A program made the translations under genes and the position numbers. Below are positions 9,648-22,361 of a stretch of 64,000 nt of DNA, one piece after another. How positions within the stretch are numbered: position 1 is the first letter of the stretch; each line of letters opens with the position of its first letter. Under the pieces are notes generated by a model. The model was not told the DNA's origin. It saw nothing but the letters and a program-made list of their open reading frames with translations, and did no database searches. Origin of the DNA: Macrostomum lignano (lineage: Eukaryota); assembly GCA_002269645.1 (NCBI GenBank), contig NIVC01000037.1:1178001-1242000 (forward strand), in the 5' to 3' direction.

Positions 9648-10372
9648 TCTCAGCTTCATCCCCGTCACTGATCCTCAGCTTCATCACCGTCACTGATCCT
9701 CAGCTTCATCACCATCACTGATCCTCAGCTTCATCACCGTCACTAATCCTCAGCTTCATCACCGTCACTAATCCTCAGCTTCATCACCATCACTGATCCT
9801 CAGCTTCATCACCGTCACTGATCCTCAGCTTCATCACCGTCACTAATCCTCAGCTTCATCACCATCACTGATCCTCAGCTTCATCACCGTCACTGATCCT
9901 CAGCTTCATCACCATCACTGATCCTCAGCTTCATCACCGTCACTGATCCTCAGCTTCATCACCGTCACTAATCCTCAGCTTCATCACCATCACTGATCCT
10001 CAGCTTCAGCACCGTCACTGATCCTCAGCTTCAGCACCGTCACTGATCCTCAGCTTCATCACCATCACTGATCCTCAGCTTCATCACCGTCACTGATCCT
10101 CAGCTTCATTACCATCACTGATCCTCAGCTTCAGCACCGTCACTGATCCTCAGCTTCAGCACCATCACTGATCCTCAGCTTCATCACCGTCACTGATCCT
10201 CAGCTTCAGCACCGTCACTGATCCTCAGCTTCATCACCGTCACTGATCCTCAGCTTCAGCACCATCACTGATCCTCAGCTTCAGCACCGTCACTGATCTT
10301 CAGCTTTATCACCGTCACTGATCTTCAGCTTCAGCACCATCACTGATCCTTAGCTTCATCACCGTCACTGAT
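9648..10372. repeat. 25-bp minisatellite (cactgatcctcagcttcatcaccgt)
   Basis: Tandem copies, period 25. Confidence 0.95.
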
Positions 10373-10740
10373 TCATACAATTACAAAAGTCAATTAAAAT
10401 CAAAGTAATTATAGTAATTTCTTAAGCGTTGTTTTGCAATAGTTTATTTTGCTCAAAATTTACAGTGAGATTTATTAATTAAAAGCGATAGACTTCATTT
10501 TCACTATTGAGCTCATTAAAGTTCATTAATAGCATACAGTATTTTAATGTCGTCTATGTTTATTGAAATGGGGGCGAAGTATGCTACTGACTATATGAAT
10601 TTGGTAAGTACTAAGTCCGGCGTATATGACTAAGATAGTATTGGATAAAAATACATGTATTGCTTAGTTCTAATATTCGCTTAGCTTAGAGTAAAGACTT
10701 GGGTACAGAATATGTTAAAATGATTGGCAGAAAAAATCAA

Positions 10741-10965
10741 TCAGAATAGCGGCTTCATATTGATCATATTCTCGGCGAAGGTGAACGGCAGTTTAATCAC
10801 TTTAAGTATGGCCTCGCAAATGTCTTTAATTGGATCGATGCAAGCTCCAAATGGCAGCAGGAAGATGTAGATCCAGGCCAGCAGGAACGCGATTGGCCAG
10901 CCTAGGAATATCAGGGCTAGGAACCATAGGATGGACCATAGAATGCCTGGGCACAGATCGGCCAT
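10741..10965 (-). CDS. 74-aa hydrophobic membrane microprotein, function unknown
   Basis: True ATG; GC-richer than flanks; non-repetitive; long hydrophobic stretch GILWSILWFLALIFLGWPIAFLLAWIYIFLLPF followed by an amphipathic tail. Confidence 0.75.
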   Translation of the reverse strand: MADLCPGILWSILWFLALIFLGWPIAFLLAWIYIFLLPFGACIDPIKDICEAILKVIKLPFTFAENMINMKPLF

Positions 10966-11619
10966 TCTGCTAGATGACTCACTGTTCTCAAGCGGAGTTG
11001 TATGAGGGGGTTGGGAAGATTTTCTGCGACCTATAAATGTAGTTAAGCAAATCGAGTTTTAACTCACCGACTATAGAAGAGTTTCTCGTTATTATATCCT
11101 TAAAGTTAGGCGGCAACTGTTCAGTGATCTGTGTTTTCAAACAGACTTCTACTGACGGTATATTATTTAAGCTAGCAGTTTTCAGCTGAGCCCTGGGATT
11201 GGCCAAGAGCTTCGGAGGAGTTTTTGTTCAAGAAATCTAGAATCGATATCGGTATTATTCAACTGCAAGCCTGTGTGCTGTGCCAGTTATAACTACTGTA
11301 CAATTGACTCCCATTCTTCTCAGCAACAGGAACTAAACTAAACTAGCTTTAGTTACTGGAAGCCTGTCTACTTGTATTAAGTTTTGATATGACGGAGTTG
11401 AAAACACGTGGGGACTGAGGGGACGCGATCGGATCAAATGGTTTGGAGCAGGTGCACTGGCATGCAGAGGGGACGGGAGAGAGAATGAGCATTGCACAGA
11501 AAAGAATAGCTTGCCAGCTGGTATTATCTGATAGTTAAGAACTCTATACTGTGACTTACATTTTCCGGCCGTGTAGACACTGGCCATTCCTCCTCAATAT
11601 CCGTGTCCTGTCACTCACC

Positions 11620-11965
11620 CTCCCCTCTATTGTCTTGCCCCCTCCTCCCTTCTTTCCCCCTTTCCCCTCTTCCTCCCCTTCCCCCCTCTCTTCCTCCGGC
11701 CTTTCCCCCCTCTTCTTCCCCCTTTCCCTTCTCTTCTTCCCCTTCCCCCTCACTTCCTCCTCCTTCCCCCTCACTTCCTCCCCTTTCCCCTCACTTCCTC
11801 CCCTTCCCCCTCACTTCCTCCCCTTTTCCCCTCTCTTCCTGCCTTTCCCCTCTTCCACTGCTCCCCTTACCTCTGCCCCCTCTCCCTTTATCTCTCTACT
11901 CCCCTCCTGCTCTCTCCTCTTCTCCGCCTCTTCTCTCCTTCTCCCCCACCCTCTCCCCCTCTCCT
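11620..11965. repeat. C/T-rich low-complexity polypyrimidine tract
   Basis: Almost exclusively C and T on the + strand. Confidence 0.9.
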
Positions 11966-12547
11966 GTAGACAGCTGTGTGGACAGCTAGCCTCTAGTTGT
12001 ATCACTCCCCTATAGCTGCTGCTTGCTTAAACTGTAGCTAAATTACCATCTTTATAATGTTCCTATAGTTCTTTCGGCATCATTAAAGTTGTGCTTACAA
12101 ATAGAAATCAATATAGTAAGTCGTTTTTTTAAAACTTCTTGGCGCTGAACCCATTGTTGCCATGCAAGCAAATGTATTTATCTCCTACTCGAAAAGCATC
12201 AAACAGAAAAAAATTGCTTTAATGCACCCTGTGAGCAATGCCAGTCTACTGAATTGGTTGTTAAATACTTGCAGCAAGTTAGATTTACAGAAATAATCTG
12301 GGGCTGGCCTATGAAAATTTAATAAATCAATTACGAGCGTAGCATTTACCCCATAGCTATTGCCAAACACAGTTCTATTCAAGTTCAGTTAGGACAAAAA
12401 TTCAAGTAGAACGGCGTAATCTGCATGACTATGAAGTATAAAACGTGAGAGAACGATTTTTATACAGGACCTATAGTGTCTGGGGGTGGGCGGGTGGGTG
12501 TGAATTATTTACTCTGCCTGTGAATGCCTGATTGTGATAAGTCTAGA

Positions 12548-13190
<643 letters not shown>

Positions 13191-13651
13191 ATATAATACA
13201 AAAACTGGAATGGGGTGTCAAAGTGAAAATTAAAAGCGACACATACGCTGCAGTTACTGGTAGTAGTGCGGACAGCAAACGAAATACAAACTAAATAAAC
13301 TAAGTAAAACGTAAGCGACAATATTTACATATCAAAGTGTTTTAGTAGTTATTTCTGAGCTGCATTAAATATGCAAAAACTGCAATGATTGGGTTTAATC
13401 GCGTGAACTTGCGAACTTTCAAAATAGTTCATTATCTTTGATGATTGGTTTAGACTGGGGCACAACTGTTTATAAGAATACTAAGTACAGATGATTGCAA
13501 GAATATAATCATCAAGTTATTCTAAAATCAAATCTGATATTCATAACACTTTGGCGACCTGACAAAAACTAAATTGAGAGTAAGGACGATTTTTTGATAG
13601 AATAGCGACTTGATGATGAGCAGAGGCTGCTGAAATTAACGCTCACAAAGG

Positions 13652-13761
13652 CTACACCGAAGCCGCCTCAGGCGCAGCATTTTTGGCCTGGTCGGCCAGC
13701 TGCTTCCAGTACGCGTAATTGTTGTTCATGTTCTCCAGCAGCTGGGGCACGTCACAGAATG
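13652..13761 (-). CDS. PDE8: PDE8 last exon (AFCDVPQLLENMNNNYAYWKQ...stop)
   Basis: Resembles PDE8 C-terminal helix; acceptor ccgcag|; TAG at 13654-13652. Confidence 0.9.
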
Positions 13762-13782
13762 CTGCGGTGCGAGGGTGTCAGC

Positions 13783-15953
13783 ATCATGGATGAAGGAATA
13801 GAATGGATTGCTAATCTAGCCTACATCATGGATGAAGGAATAGAATGGATTGCTAATCTAGCCTAAATCATGGATGCAGGAATAGAATGGATTGCTAATC
13901 TAGCCTACATCATGGATGCAGGAATAGAATGGATTGCTAATCTAGCCTACATCATGGATGCAGGAATAGAATGGATTGCTAATCTAGCCTACATCATGGA
14001 TGCAGGAATAGAATGGATTGCTAATCTAGCCTACATCATGGATGCAGGAATAGATTGGATTGCTAATCTAGCCTACATCATGGATGCAGGAATAGATTGG
14101 ATTGCTAATCTAGCCTACATCATGGATGCAGGAATAGAATGGATTGCTAATCTAGCCTACATCATGGATGCAGGAATAGAATGGATTGCTAATCTAGCCT
14201 ACATCATGGATGCAGGAATAGAATGGATTGCTAATCTAGCCTACATCATGGATGCAGGAATAGAATGGATTGCTAATCTAGCCTACATCATGGATGAAGG
14301 AATAGAATGGATTGCTAATCTAGCCTACATCATGGATGCAGGAATAGAATGGATTGCTAATCTAGCCTACATCATGGATGCAGGAATAGAATGGATTGCT
14401 AATCTAGCCTACATCATGGATGCAGGAATAGAATGGATTGCTAATCTAGCCTACATCATGGATGCAGGAATAGAATGGATTGCTAATCTAGCCTACATCA
14501 TGGATGCAGGAATAGAATGGATTGCTAATCTAGCCTACATCATGGATGCAGGAATAGAATGGATTGCTAATCTAGCCTACATCATGGATGCAGGAATAGA
14601 ATGGATTGCTAATCTAGCCTACATCATGGATGCAGGAATAGAATGGATTGCTAATCTAGCCTACATCATGGATGCAGGAATAGAATGGATTGCTAATCTA
14701 GCCTACATCATGGATGCAGGAATAGAATGGATTGCTAATCTAGCCTACATCATGGATGCAGGAATAGAATGGATTGCTAATCTAGCCTACATCATGGATG
14801 CAGGAATAGAATGGATTGCTAATCTAGCCTACATCATGGATGCAGGAATAGAATGGATTGCTAATCTAGCCTACATCATGGATGCAGGAATAGATTGGAT
14901 TGCTAATCTAGCCTACATCATGGATGCAGGAATAGATTGGATTGCTAATCTAGCCTACATCATGGATGCAGGAATAGAATGGATTGCTAATCTAGCCTAC
15001 ATCATGGATGAAGGAATAGAATGGATTGCTAATCTAGCCTACATCATGGATGCAGGAATAGAATGGATTGCTAATCTAGCCTACATCATGGATGCAGGAA
15101 TAGAATGGATTGCTAATCTAGCCTACATCATGGATGCAGGAATAGAATGGATTGCTAATCTAGCCTACATCATGGATGCAGGAATAGAATGGATTGCTAA
15201 TCTAGCCTACATCATGGATGCAGGAATAGAATGGATTGCTAATCTAGCCTACATCATGGATGCAGGAATAGAATGGATTGCTAATCTAGCCTACATCATG
15301 GATGCAGGAATAGAATGGATTGCTAATCTAGCCTACATCATGGATGCAGGAATAGAATGGATTGCTAATCTAGCCTACATCATGGATGCAGGAATAGAAT
15401 GGATTGCTAATCTAGCCTACATCATGGATGCAGGAATAGAATGGATTGCTAATCTAGCTTACATCATGGATGCAGGAATAGAATGGATTGCTAATCTAGC
15501 TTACATCATGGATGCAGGAATAGAATGGATTGCTAATCTAGCCTACATCATGGATGCAGGAATAGAATGGATTGCTAATCTAGCTTACATCATGGATGCA
15601 GGAATAGAATGGATTGCTAATCTAGCCTACATCATGGATGCAGGAATAGAATGGATTGCTAATCTAGCCTGCATCATGGATGCAGGAATAGAATGGATTG
15701 CTAATCTAGCTTACATCATGGATGCAGGAACAGAATGGATTGCTAATCTAGCCTACATCATGGATGCAGGAATAGAATGGATTGCTAATCTAGCCTACAT
15801 CATGGATGCAGGAATAGAATGGATTGCTAATCTAGCCTACATCATGGATGCAGGAATAGAATGGATTGCTAATCTAGCCTACATCATGGATACAGGAACA
15901 GAATGGATTGCTAATCTAGCCTACATCATGGATGCAGGAATAGAATGGATTGC
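13783..15953 (+). repeat. 42-bp minisatellite, about 52 copies (atcatggatgcaggaatagaatggattgctaatctagcctac)
   Basis: Highly homogeneous array in the last PDE8 intron; the same unit occurs inverted at 47350-47882. Confidence 0.98.
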
Positions 15954-15976
15954 AATGAGAAGCCCCAGCTGCTCAC

Positions 15977-16106
15977 CGTGCCAAGCGGAGAACATCTCTC
16001 GCAGGAAGAAGTCGATGAAGCTGGTCTGCGACTGCGGCAAGTTGCAGGTGGCCCGGTCAAACACCGGCATCACTATGGGCAGGCCGCGCTGCTTCTCCTC
16101 GTCCGT
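15977..16106 (-). CDS. PDE8: PDE8 catalytic exon ([34 protein letters not shown])
   Basis: Contains the invariant Gln; GT-AG boundaries; phases match. Confidence 0.95.
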
Positions 16107-16841
16107 CTGCGCTCAGCGGAAAAGATTGGGTGCTGATTGGGCAACGCTGATAGTTTAATGCGAACATTGTAGAATTAATCGTGTACTTTTATTTAGTCAC
16201 AATCGGCAACATTAATTTGGTTCTCGTGCACTACGCCAACCCCCAAGCCACAGAGAGTGTACATGCCTGACGATGAGAAAGTCGAGGGCGGCTGTACACC
16301 CTGTGCGTGCGTGCTGAAGGGTCAGTGGAATGAAGTCGAAGCAATGACAGCTAAAACTAACCTACTAGCAACCACAGATACTAAAATTACTGGATGGGCC
16401 ACTCAGGCATGTAGCTTGTAGACTTAGTAAAACAGCTTTCTACTTTCAGTTCAGTAGCAAAGAAGAATACATAAGCTATTTTATAGAAACAAAGGAAGCT
16501 GAAATTGCTTTGATAAGTTTAGAAGCCCAAGCTTGCAGGCGTAAACAACTTGCTAATTGGTTCAGCAACAATGTACATTGGCCAGTCCACTGAAATGTAC
16601 ATGACAGCTTTAGGCTGGAATTCCGAGAAAGGCAATAAAAATTGGGGCGGATAGTGTAGAAAGGCGCGGTTGGAAGAGGGTTTAAGCTGGGTGTGTAAGA
16701 GCCATAAATGAGCCTTGGTTTTAAAAAACATTAAAATGCTTCTATTTAACTTACTACTGAACTAAAAGTAGCTTACACGCAAATGTGCTGAGTGGCCCAT
16801 CTAGCTAGTATCTGCGCTAGTAACTGAACCCACAAAATCAC

Positions 16842-17232
16842 CTGTTGGAAATATTCCTCCGAGATGCGCTTGGACCATTCCCGGCAGAGCTTGAGTGGCC
16901 TGCACTGGTTGCTGATGTCCGAGCATTTGATCAGGACGCGTTTTATCAGGGTCCGGTTCTCTGGCTTAGTGAGCATCTCAAAGGACTCTTCGGCGGTGAT
17001 CTGCTCCGCGCCCTCCTCGCCTTCTTTGGCGATCAGAGGGGCGACAATCTGGTTGGTGAATTTGCCGACGTGCTCAAAGTGGCGGGCCATCTCTGTAGCC
17101 AGCACAATGTCCACCATGCTGTGCCTGAGGGTCTTGAAGTCCTCGCGGCTCATGTTCTTGAATATGTTGATGCGGTCGTCTCTGGTGGTGAGCTGAAAGC
17201 ACAGAGACACGTGATGGCTCTCCAGTACCGAC
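16842..17232 (-). CDS. PDE8: PDE8 catalytic exon (SVLESHH...LATEMARHF...IKCSDISNQCRP...ISEEYFQQ)
   Basis: PDEase motifs; the EEYF Tyr is typical of PDE8. Confidence 0.95.
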
Positions 17233-17269
17233 CTGGGGAAGTGAAGAGAGGTGTAGGTGGTTATCGTTG

Positions 17270-17602
17270 CCTGAGCTGTCACTCTTGTCACACTTGTTAG
17301 CTGTCACTCTTGTCACACTTGTTAGCTGTCACTCTTGTCACACTTGTTAGCTGTCACTCTTGTCACACTTGTTAGCTGTCACTCTTGTCACACTTGTTAG
17401 CTGTCACTCTTGTCACACTTGTTAGCTGTCACTCTTGTCACACTTGTTAGCTGTCACTCTTGTCACACTTGTTAGCTGTCACTCTTGTCACACTTGTTAG
17501 CTGTCACTCTTGTCACACTTGTTAGCTGTCACTCTTGTCACACTTGTTAGCTGTCACTCTTGTCACACTTGTTAGCTGTCACTCTTGTCACACTTGTTAG
17601 CT
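17270..17602. repeat. 25-bp minisatellite (gtcactcttgtcacacttgttagct)
   Basis: Near-identical tandem copies. Confidence 0.97.
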
Positions 17603-17639
17603 CTTTTTTTAGCTGCCTGTCGCCTCTGACCCAGTCAGA

Positions 17640-18540
17640 TTAGTCACTCTTATCTATTCACTCTTATCTAGTCACTACGTTAGTCACTCTGACCTAATCA
17701 CTTTTATTTTCTATATTCAGTCTTATCTGTTCACTCTGTTCTATTCATTCTGCTCCAGTCACTCTGCTCAAGTCACTCTACTTCAATCACTCTGCCCTAG
17801 TCACTTTACTTTAGTCCCTCTGCTCTAGTCTCTCTACGCAAGTCACTTTCCATTATTCAGTCTGCTCTAGCTACTCTGTTCCAGTCCTCTGTTCTAGTCA
17901 CTCTTTAGTCACTCTGCTCCAGTCACTCTACCCCAGTTACTCTGCCCCAGTCACTCTGCCCCAGTCACTCTGCCCCAGTCACTCTGCCCCAGTCACTCTG
18001 CCCCAGTCACTCTGCCCCAGTCACTCTGCCCCAGTCACTCTGTTCCAGTCACTCTGTTCCAGTCACTCTGTTCCAGTCACTCTGTTCCAGTCACTCTGTT
18101 CCAGTCACTCTTCTCTAGTCACCCTACTTTAGTTACTCTGCTCTAGTCACTCTGCCCCAGTCACTCTGCCCCAGTCACTCTGCCCCAGTCACTCTGCCCA
18201 AGTCACTCTGCCCCAGTCACTCTGCCACAGTCACTCTGTTCCAGTCACTCTGTTCCAGTCACTCTGTTCCAGTCACTCTGTTCCAGTCACTCTGTTCCAG
18301 TCACTCTTCTCTAGTCACTCTACTTTAGTTACTCTGCTCTAGTCACTCTGCTCTAGTAAATCTGCTCCAGTCACTCTGTTCCAGTCACTGTTCCAGTCAC
18401 TCGGCTCCAGTCGCTCTGTTCCAGTCACTCTGTTCCAGTCACTCTGTTCCAGTCACTCTGCTCTAGTCACTCTACTTTAGTTACTCTGCTCTAGTCACTC
18501 TACTTTAGTCACTCTGCTCTAGTCACGGTCACTCTACTCT
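17640..18540. repeat. ~15-bp degenerate array (cagtcactctgcccc / cagtcactctgttc)
   Basis: Recurrent gtcactct core. Confidence 0.92.
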
Positions 18541-18551
18541 GGCAATCTCAC

Positions 18552-18787
18552 ATGTCATTATAGAGCAGCGCCAGCCGGTGCTGGCTGTTGATCAGGAACG
18601 GGTTGGTTCTGCCAGGATGGTCCAAGTCGTGCACCAGGGCGCCCAGCAGGGAGGCCACTTCGTCCATCTCGTCGAACACCGACTTTATTCGGTCGCGCTG
18701 AAGAAAGTAGGCCGAGCTTTGCATGACATCAGCGCCGTGGGTGGCGTTGTGATAGCAGTTGTCCGAGTGATAGTGGTCCTGCATCAC
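18552..18787 (-). CDS. PDE8: PDE8 metal-binding exon (YHNATHGADV...HDLDHPGRTN)
   Basis: PDEase class I signature; GT-AG boundaries. Confidence 0.97.
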
Positions 18788-19084
18788 CTGCGGCCGAGTG
18801 TGGGTACAAATTGTTATCGGCAGGAGTGCTGGGATGGATGGCGGAATGGGTGACATGAAAACTTGAAATGAGTGACAAAAAGAGTGACATAGAGAGGGAC
18901 AAGACCAATAGGACTAAAAGTGACAAGAAGAGCGAGGAGAGTGACAGGAGGAGTGATTAGACTACCAGGAGTAAAAGTATAATAGCAGGAAGAGTGACTA
19001 AAAGATTGAAAGGAAGAGCGACACAGGAAGACTGCCAGGAAGAGTGACTAAAAGAGTGACAGAAAGGGTGATAGAAAGAGTAAC

Positions 19085-21005
19085 AGGAAGTCTGACTAGA
19101 AGAGTGAGAGGGTGAGTGATAGGAAGAGTGAGAGGGTGAGTGATAGGAAGAGTGAGAGGGTGAGTGATAGGAAGAGTGAGAGGGTGAGTGATAGGAAGAG
19201 TGGCAGGGTGAGTGATAGGAAGAGTGAGAGGGTGAGTGATAGGAAGAGTGAGAGGGTGAGTGATAGGAAGAGTGAGAGGGTGAGTGATAGGAAAAGTGAG
19301 AGGGTGAGTGATAAGAAGAGTGAGAGGGTGAGTGATAGGAAGAGTGAGAGGGTGAGTGATAGGAAGAGTGAGAGGGTGAGTGATAGGAAGAGTGAGAGGG
19401 TGAGTGATAGGAAGAGTGAGAGGGTGAGTGATAGGAAGAGTGAGAGTGTGAGTGATAGGAAGAGTGAGAGGGTGAGTGATAGGAAGAGTGAGAGGGTGAG
19501 TGATAAGAAGAGTGGCGAGGGTGAGTGATAGGAAGAGTGGCAGGGTGAGTGATAGGAAGAGTGGCGAGGGTGAGTGATAGGAAGAGTGGCAGGGTGAGTG
19601 ATAGGAAAAGTGAGAGGGTGAGTGATAGGAAAAGTGAGAGGGTGAGTGATAGGAAGAGTGAGAGGTTGAGTGATAGGAAGAGTGAGAGGGTGAGTGATAG
19701 GAAGAGTGAGAGTGTGAGTGATAGGAAGAGTGAGAGGGTGAGTGATAGGAAGAGTGGCAGGGTGAGTGATAGGAAGAGTGAGAGGGTGAGTGATAGGAAG
19801 AGTGAGAGGGTGAGTGATAGGAAGAGTGAGAGGGTGAGTGATAGGAAGAGTGAGAGGTTGAGTGATAGGAAGAGTGGCAGGGTGAGTGATAGGAAGAGTG
19901 GCAGGGTGAGTGATAGGAAAAGTGAGAGGGTGAGTGATAAGAAGAGTGAGAGGGTGAGTGATAGGAAGAGTGAGAGGGTGAGTGATAGGAAGAGTGAGAG
20001 GGTGAGTGATAGGAAAAGTGAGAGGGTGAGTGATAAGAAGAGTGAGAGGGTGAGTGATAGGAAGAGTGAGAGGGTGAGTGATAGGAAGAGTGAGAGGGTG
20101 AGTGATTGGAAAAGTGAGAGGTTGAGTGATAAGAAGAGTGAGAGGGTGAGTGATAGGAAGAGTGAGAGGGTGAGTGATAAGAAGAGTGAGAGGGTGAGTG
20201 ATAGGAAGAGTGAGAGTGTGAGTGATAGGAAGAGTGAGAGGGTGAGTGATAGGAAGAGTGAGAGGGTGAGTGATAGGAAGAGTGAGAGGGTGAGTGATAG
20301 GAAGAGTGAGAGGGTGAGTGATAAGAAGAGTGGCGAGGGTGAGTGATAGGAAGAGTGGCAGGGTGAGTGATAGGAAGAGTGAGAGGGTGAGTGATAGGAA
20401 GAGTGAGAGGGTGAGTGATAGGAAGAGTGGCAGGGTGAGTGATAGGAAGAGTGAGAGGGTGAGTGATAAGAAGAGTGAGAGGGTGAGTGATAGGAAGAGT
20501 GAGAGGGTGAGTGATAGGAAGAGTGAGAGGGTGAGTGATAGGAAGAGTGGCAGGGTGAGTGATAGGAAGAGTGAGAGGGTGAGTGATAAGAAGAGTGAGA
20601 GGGTGAGTGATAGGAAGAGTGAGAGGGTGAGTGATAGGAAGAGTGAGAGGGTGAGTGATAGGAAAAGTGAGAGGGTGAGTGATAAGAAGAGTGAGAGGGT
20701 GAGTGATAGGAAGAGTGAGAGGGTGAGTGATAGGAAGAGTGAGAGGGTGAGTGATAGGAAGAGTGAGAGGGTGAGTGATAAGAAGAGTGGCGAGGGTGAG
20801 TGATAGGAAGAGTGGCAGGGTGAGTGATAGGAAGAGTGAGAGTGTGAGTGATATGAAGAGTGAGAGGGTGAGTGATAGGAAGAGTGAGAGGGTGAGTGAT
20901 AGGAAGAGTGAGAGGGTGAGTGATAAGAAGAGTGGCGAGGGTGAGTGATAGGAAGAGTGGCAGGGTGAGTGATAGGAAGAGTGAGAGGGTGAGTGATAGG
21001 AAGAG
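19085..21005. repeat. 24-bp minisatellite (gagtgagagggtgagtgataggaa)
   Basis: About 80 tandem copies with degenerate agagtgac flanks. Confidence 0.97.
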
Positions 21006-21331
21006 TGTCTAATACAGTAACTGAAAGAGTCAGAAAGAGTGACTGGAAGAGTGACATAAAGGGTGACAGAAAGAGTGACAGGAAGTGTGACTAAAAGAGT
21101 GACAGGAAGTGTGACTAAAAGAGTGACAGGAAGTGTGACTGAAAGAGTGACAGGATGAGTGATAGGAAGTGTGGCAGGATGCATGGCTGAAAGAGTGATA
21201 GAAAGGGTGACAGGAAAAGTGACGAGAAGAGTGTCTACTACCGTAACTGAAATAGTCAGAAGAGTGACTGGAAGAGTGACAGAAAGGGTGACAGGAGGAG
21301 TGACAGGAGGAATGACTAATGCCACACCAAC

Positions 21332-21546
21332 CTGCAGCCAGTTGAGCATGGTGTCCTCGCTGCACTGCAGAAATTGGCACACATTGAAGCGTTGCAGAAT
21401 TTTCATGCCCAAATAGACCAGCGTCCGGCGGTTGGTGACCCGCTCCAGTTCCAGGATGTCATAGTTCCATTCGTCGTCTCCCTCGAGGTAGGCGACGAAC
21501 TGTTCAGGAATTTCGCTGAGCGACTGCATCGTAACGGACGAGTTCT
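21332..21546 (-). CDS. PDE8: PDE8 catalytic-domain start exon (WNYDILELERVT...MLNWLQ)
   Basis: Similarity to PDE8 and phase match. Confidence 0.92.
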
Positions 21547-21774
21547 CTGCAGAGAGGTCGGGCGCGGGGGGAGGGAGCCGCTGGATGAGTTTAACATTGA
21601 TTCGTGTGCCATGCTATAGGCAGGCTTGTTGGCGAGTTTACAGTTTTATAACAGTTAGTAAATATGAGACTCGTAAGTAGTAGCTAGGAAGATGCGAAAG
21701 GTTAAATGTAGTATAGGTTTATAAATTCGAATGATTTTTCACGACTAGTTGAAGATTGAGGCAGAGAGGGAGGC

Positions 21775-22324
21775 AGATAGGGAGAAGCAGAGGGAGAGGA
21801 GACAGAGAGGGAGAGAGAGAGGGAGAGGAAGACAAAAAGAGAGAGGGAGACAGAGAGGGAGAGAGAGAGGGAGAGGAAGACAGAGAGGAAGACAGAGAGG
21901 GAGGGGGAGACAGAGAGGGAGAGGGAGACAGAGAGGAAGACAGAGAAGGAGAGGGAGACAGAGAGGGAGAGGGAGACAGAGAGGAAGACAGAGAGGGAGA
22001 GGGAGACAGAGAGGAAGACAGAGAGGGAGAGGGAGACAGAGAGGGAGACAGAGAGGGAGAGAGAGAGGGAGAGGAAGACAAAGAGGGAGAGGGAGACAGA
22101 GAGGAAGACAAAGAGGGAGAGGGAGACAGAGAGGAAGACAGAGAGGGAGAGGGAGACAGAGAGGAAGACAGAGAGGGAGAGGGGGACAGAGAGGAAGACA
22201 AAGAGGGAGAGGGAGACAGAGAGGAAGACAGAGAGGGAGACAGAGAGGGAGAGGAGACAGAGAGAGAGAGAGAGAGGGAGAGGAAGACAGAGAGGGAGAC
22301 AGAGAGGAAAACAGAGAGGGAGAG

Positions 22325-22361
<37 letters not shown>

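Noticed and set aside
13870-16158. 762-aa ORF of repeated [14 protein letters not shown]
   Set aside because: It is the 42-bp satellite read in a stop-free frame (unit divisible by 3), antisense to a PDE8 intron. A stop-free frame is expected by chance and one unit upstream carries TAA.
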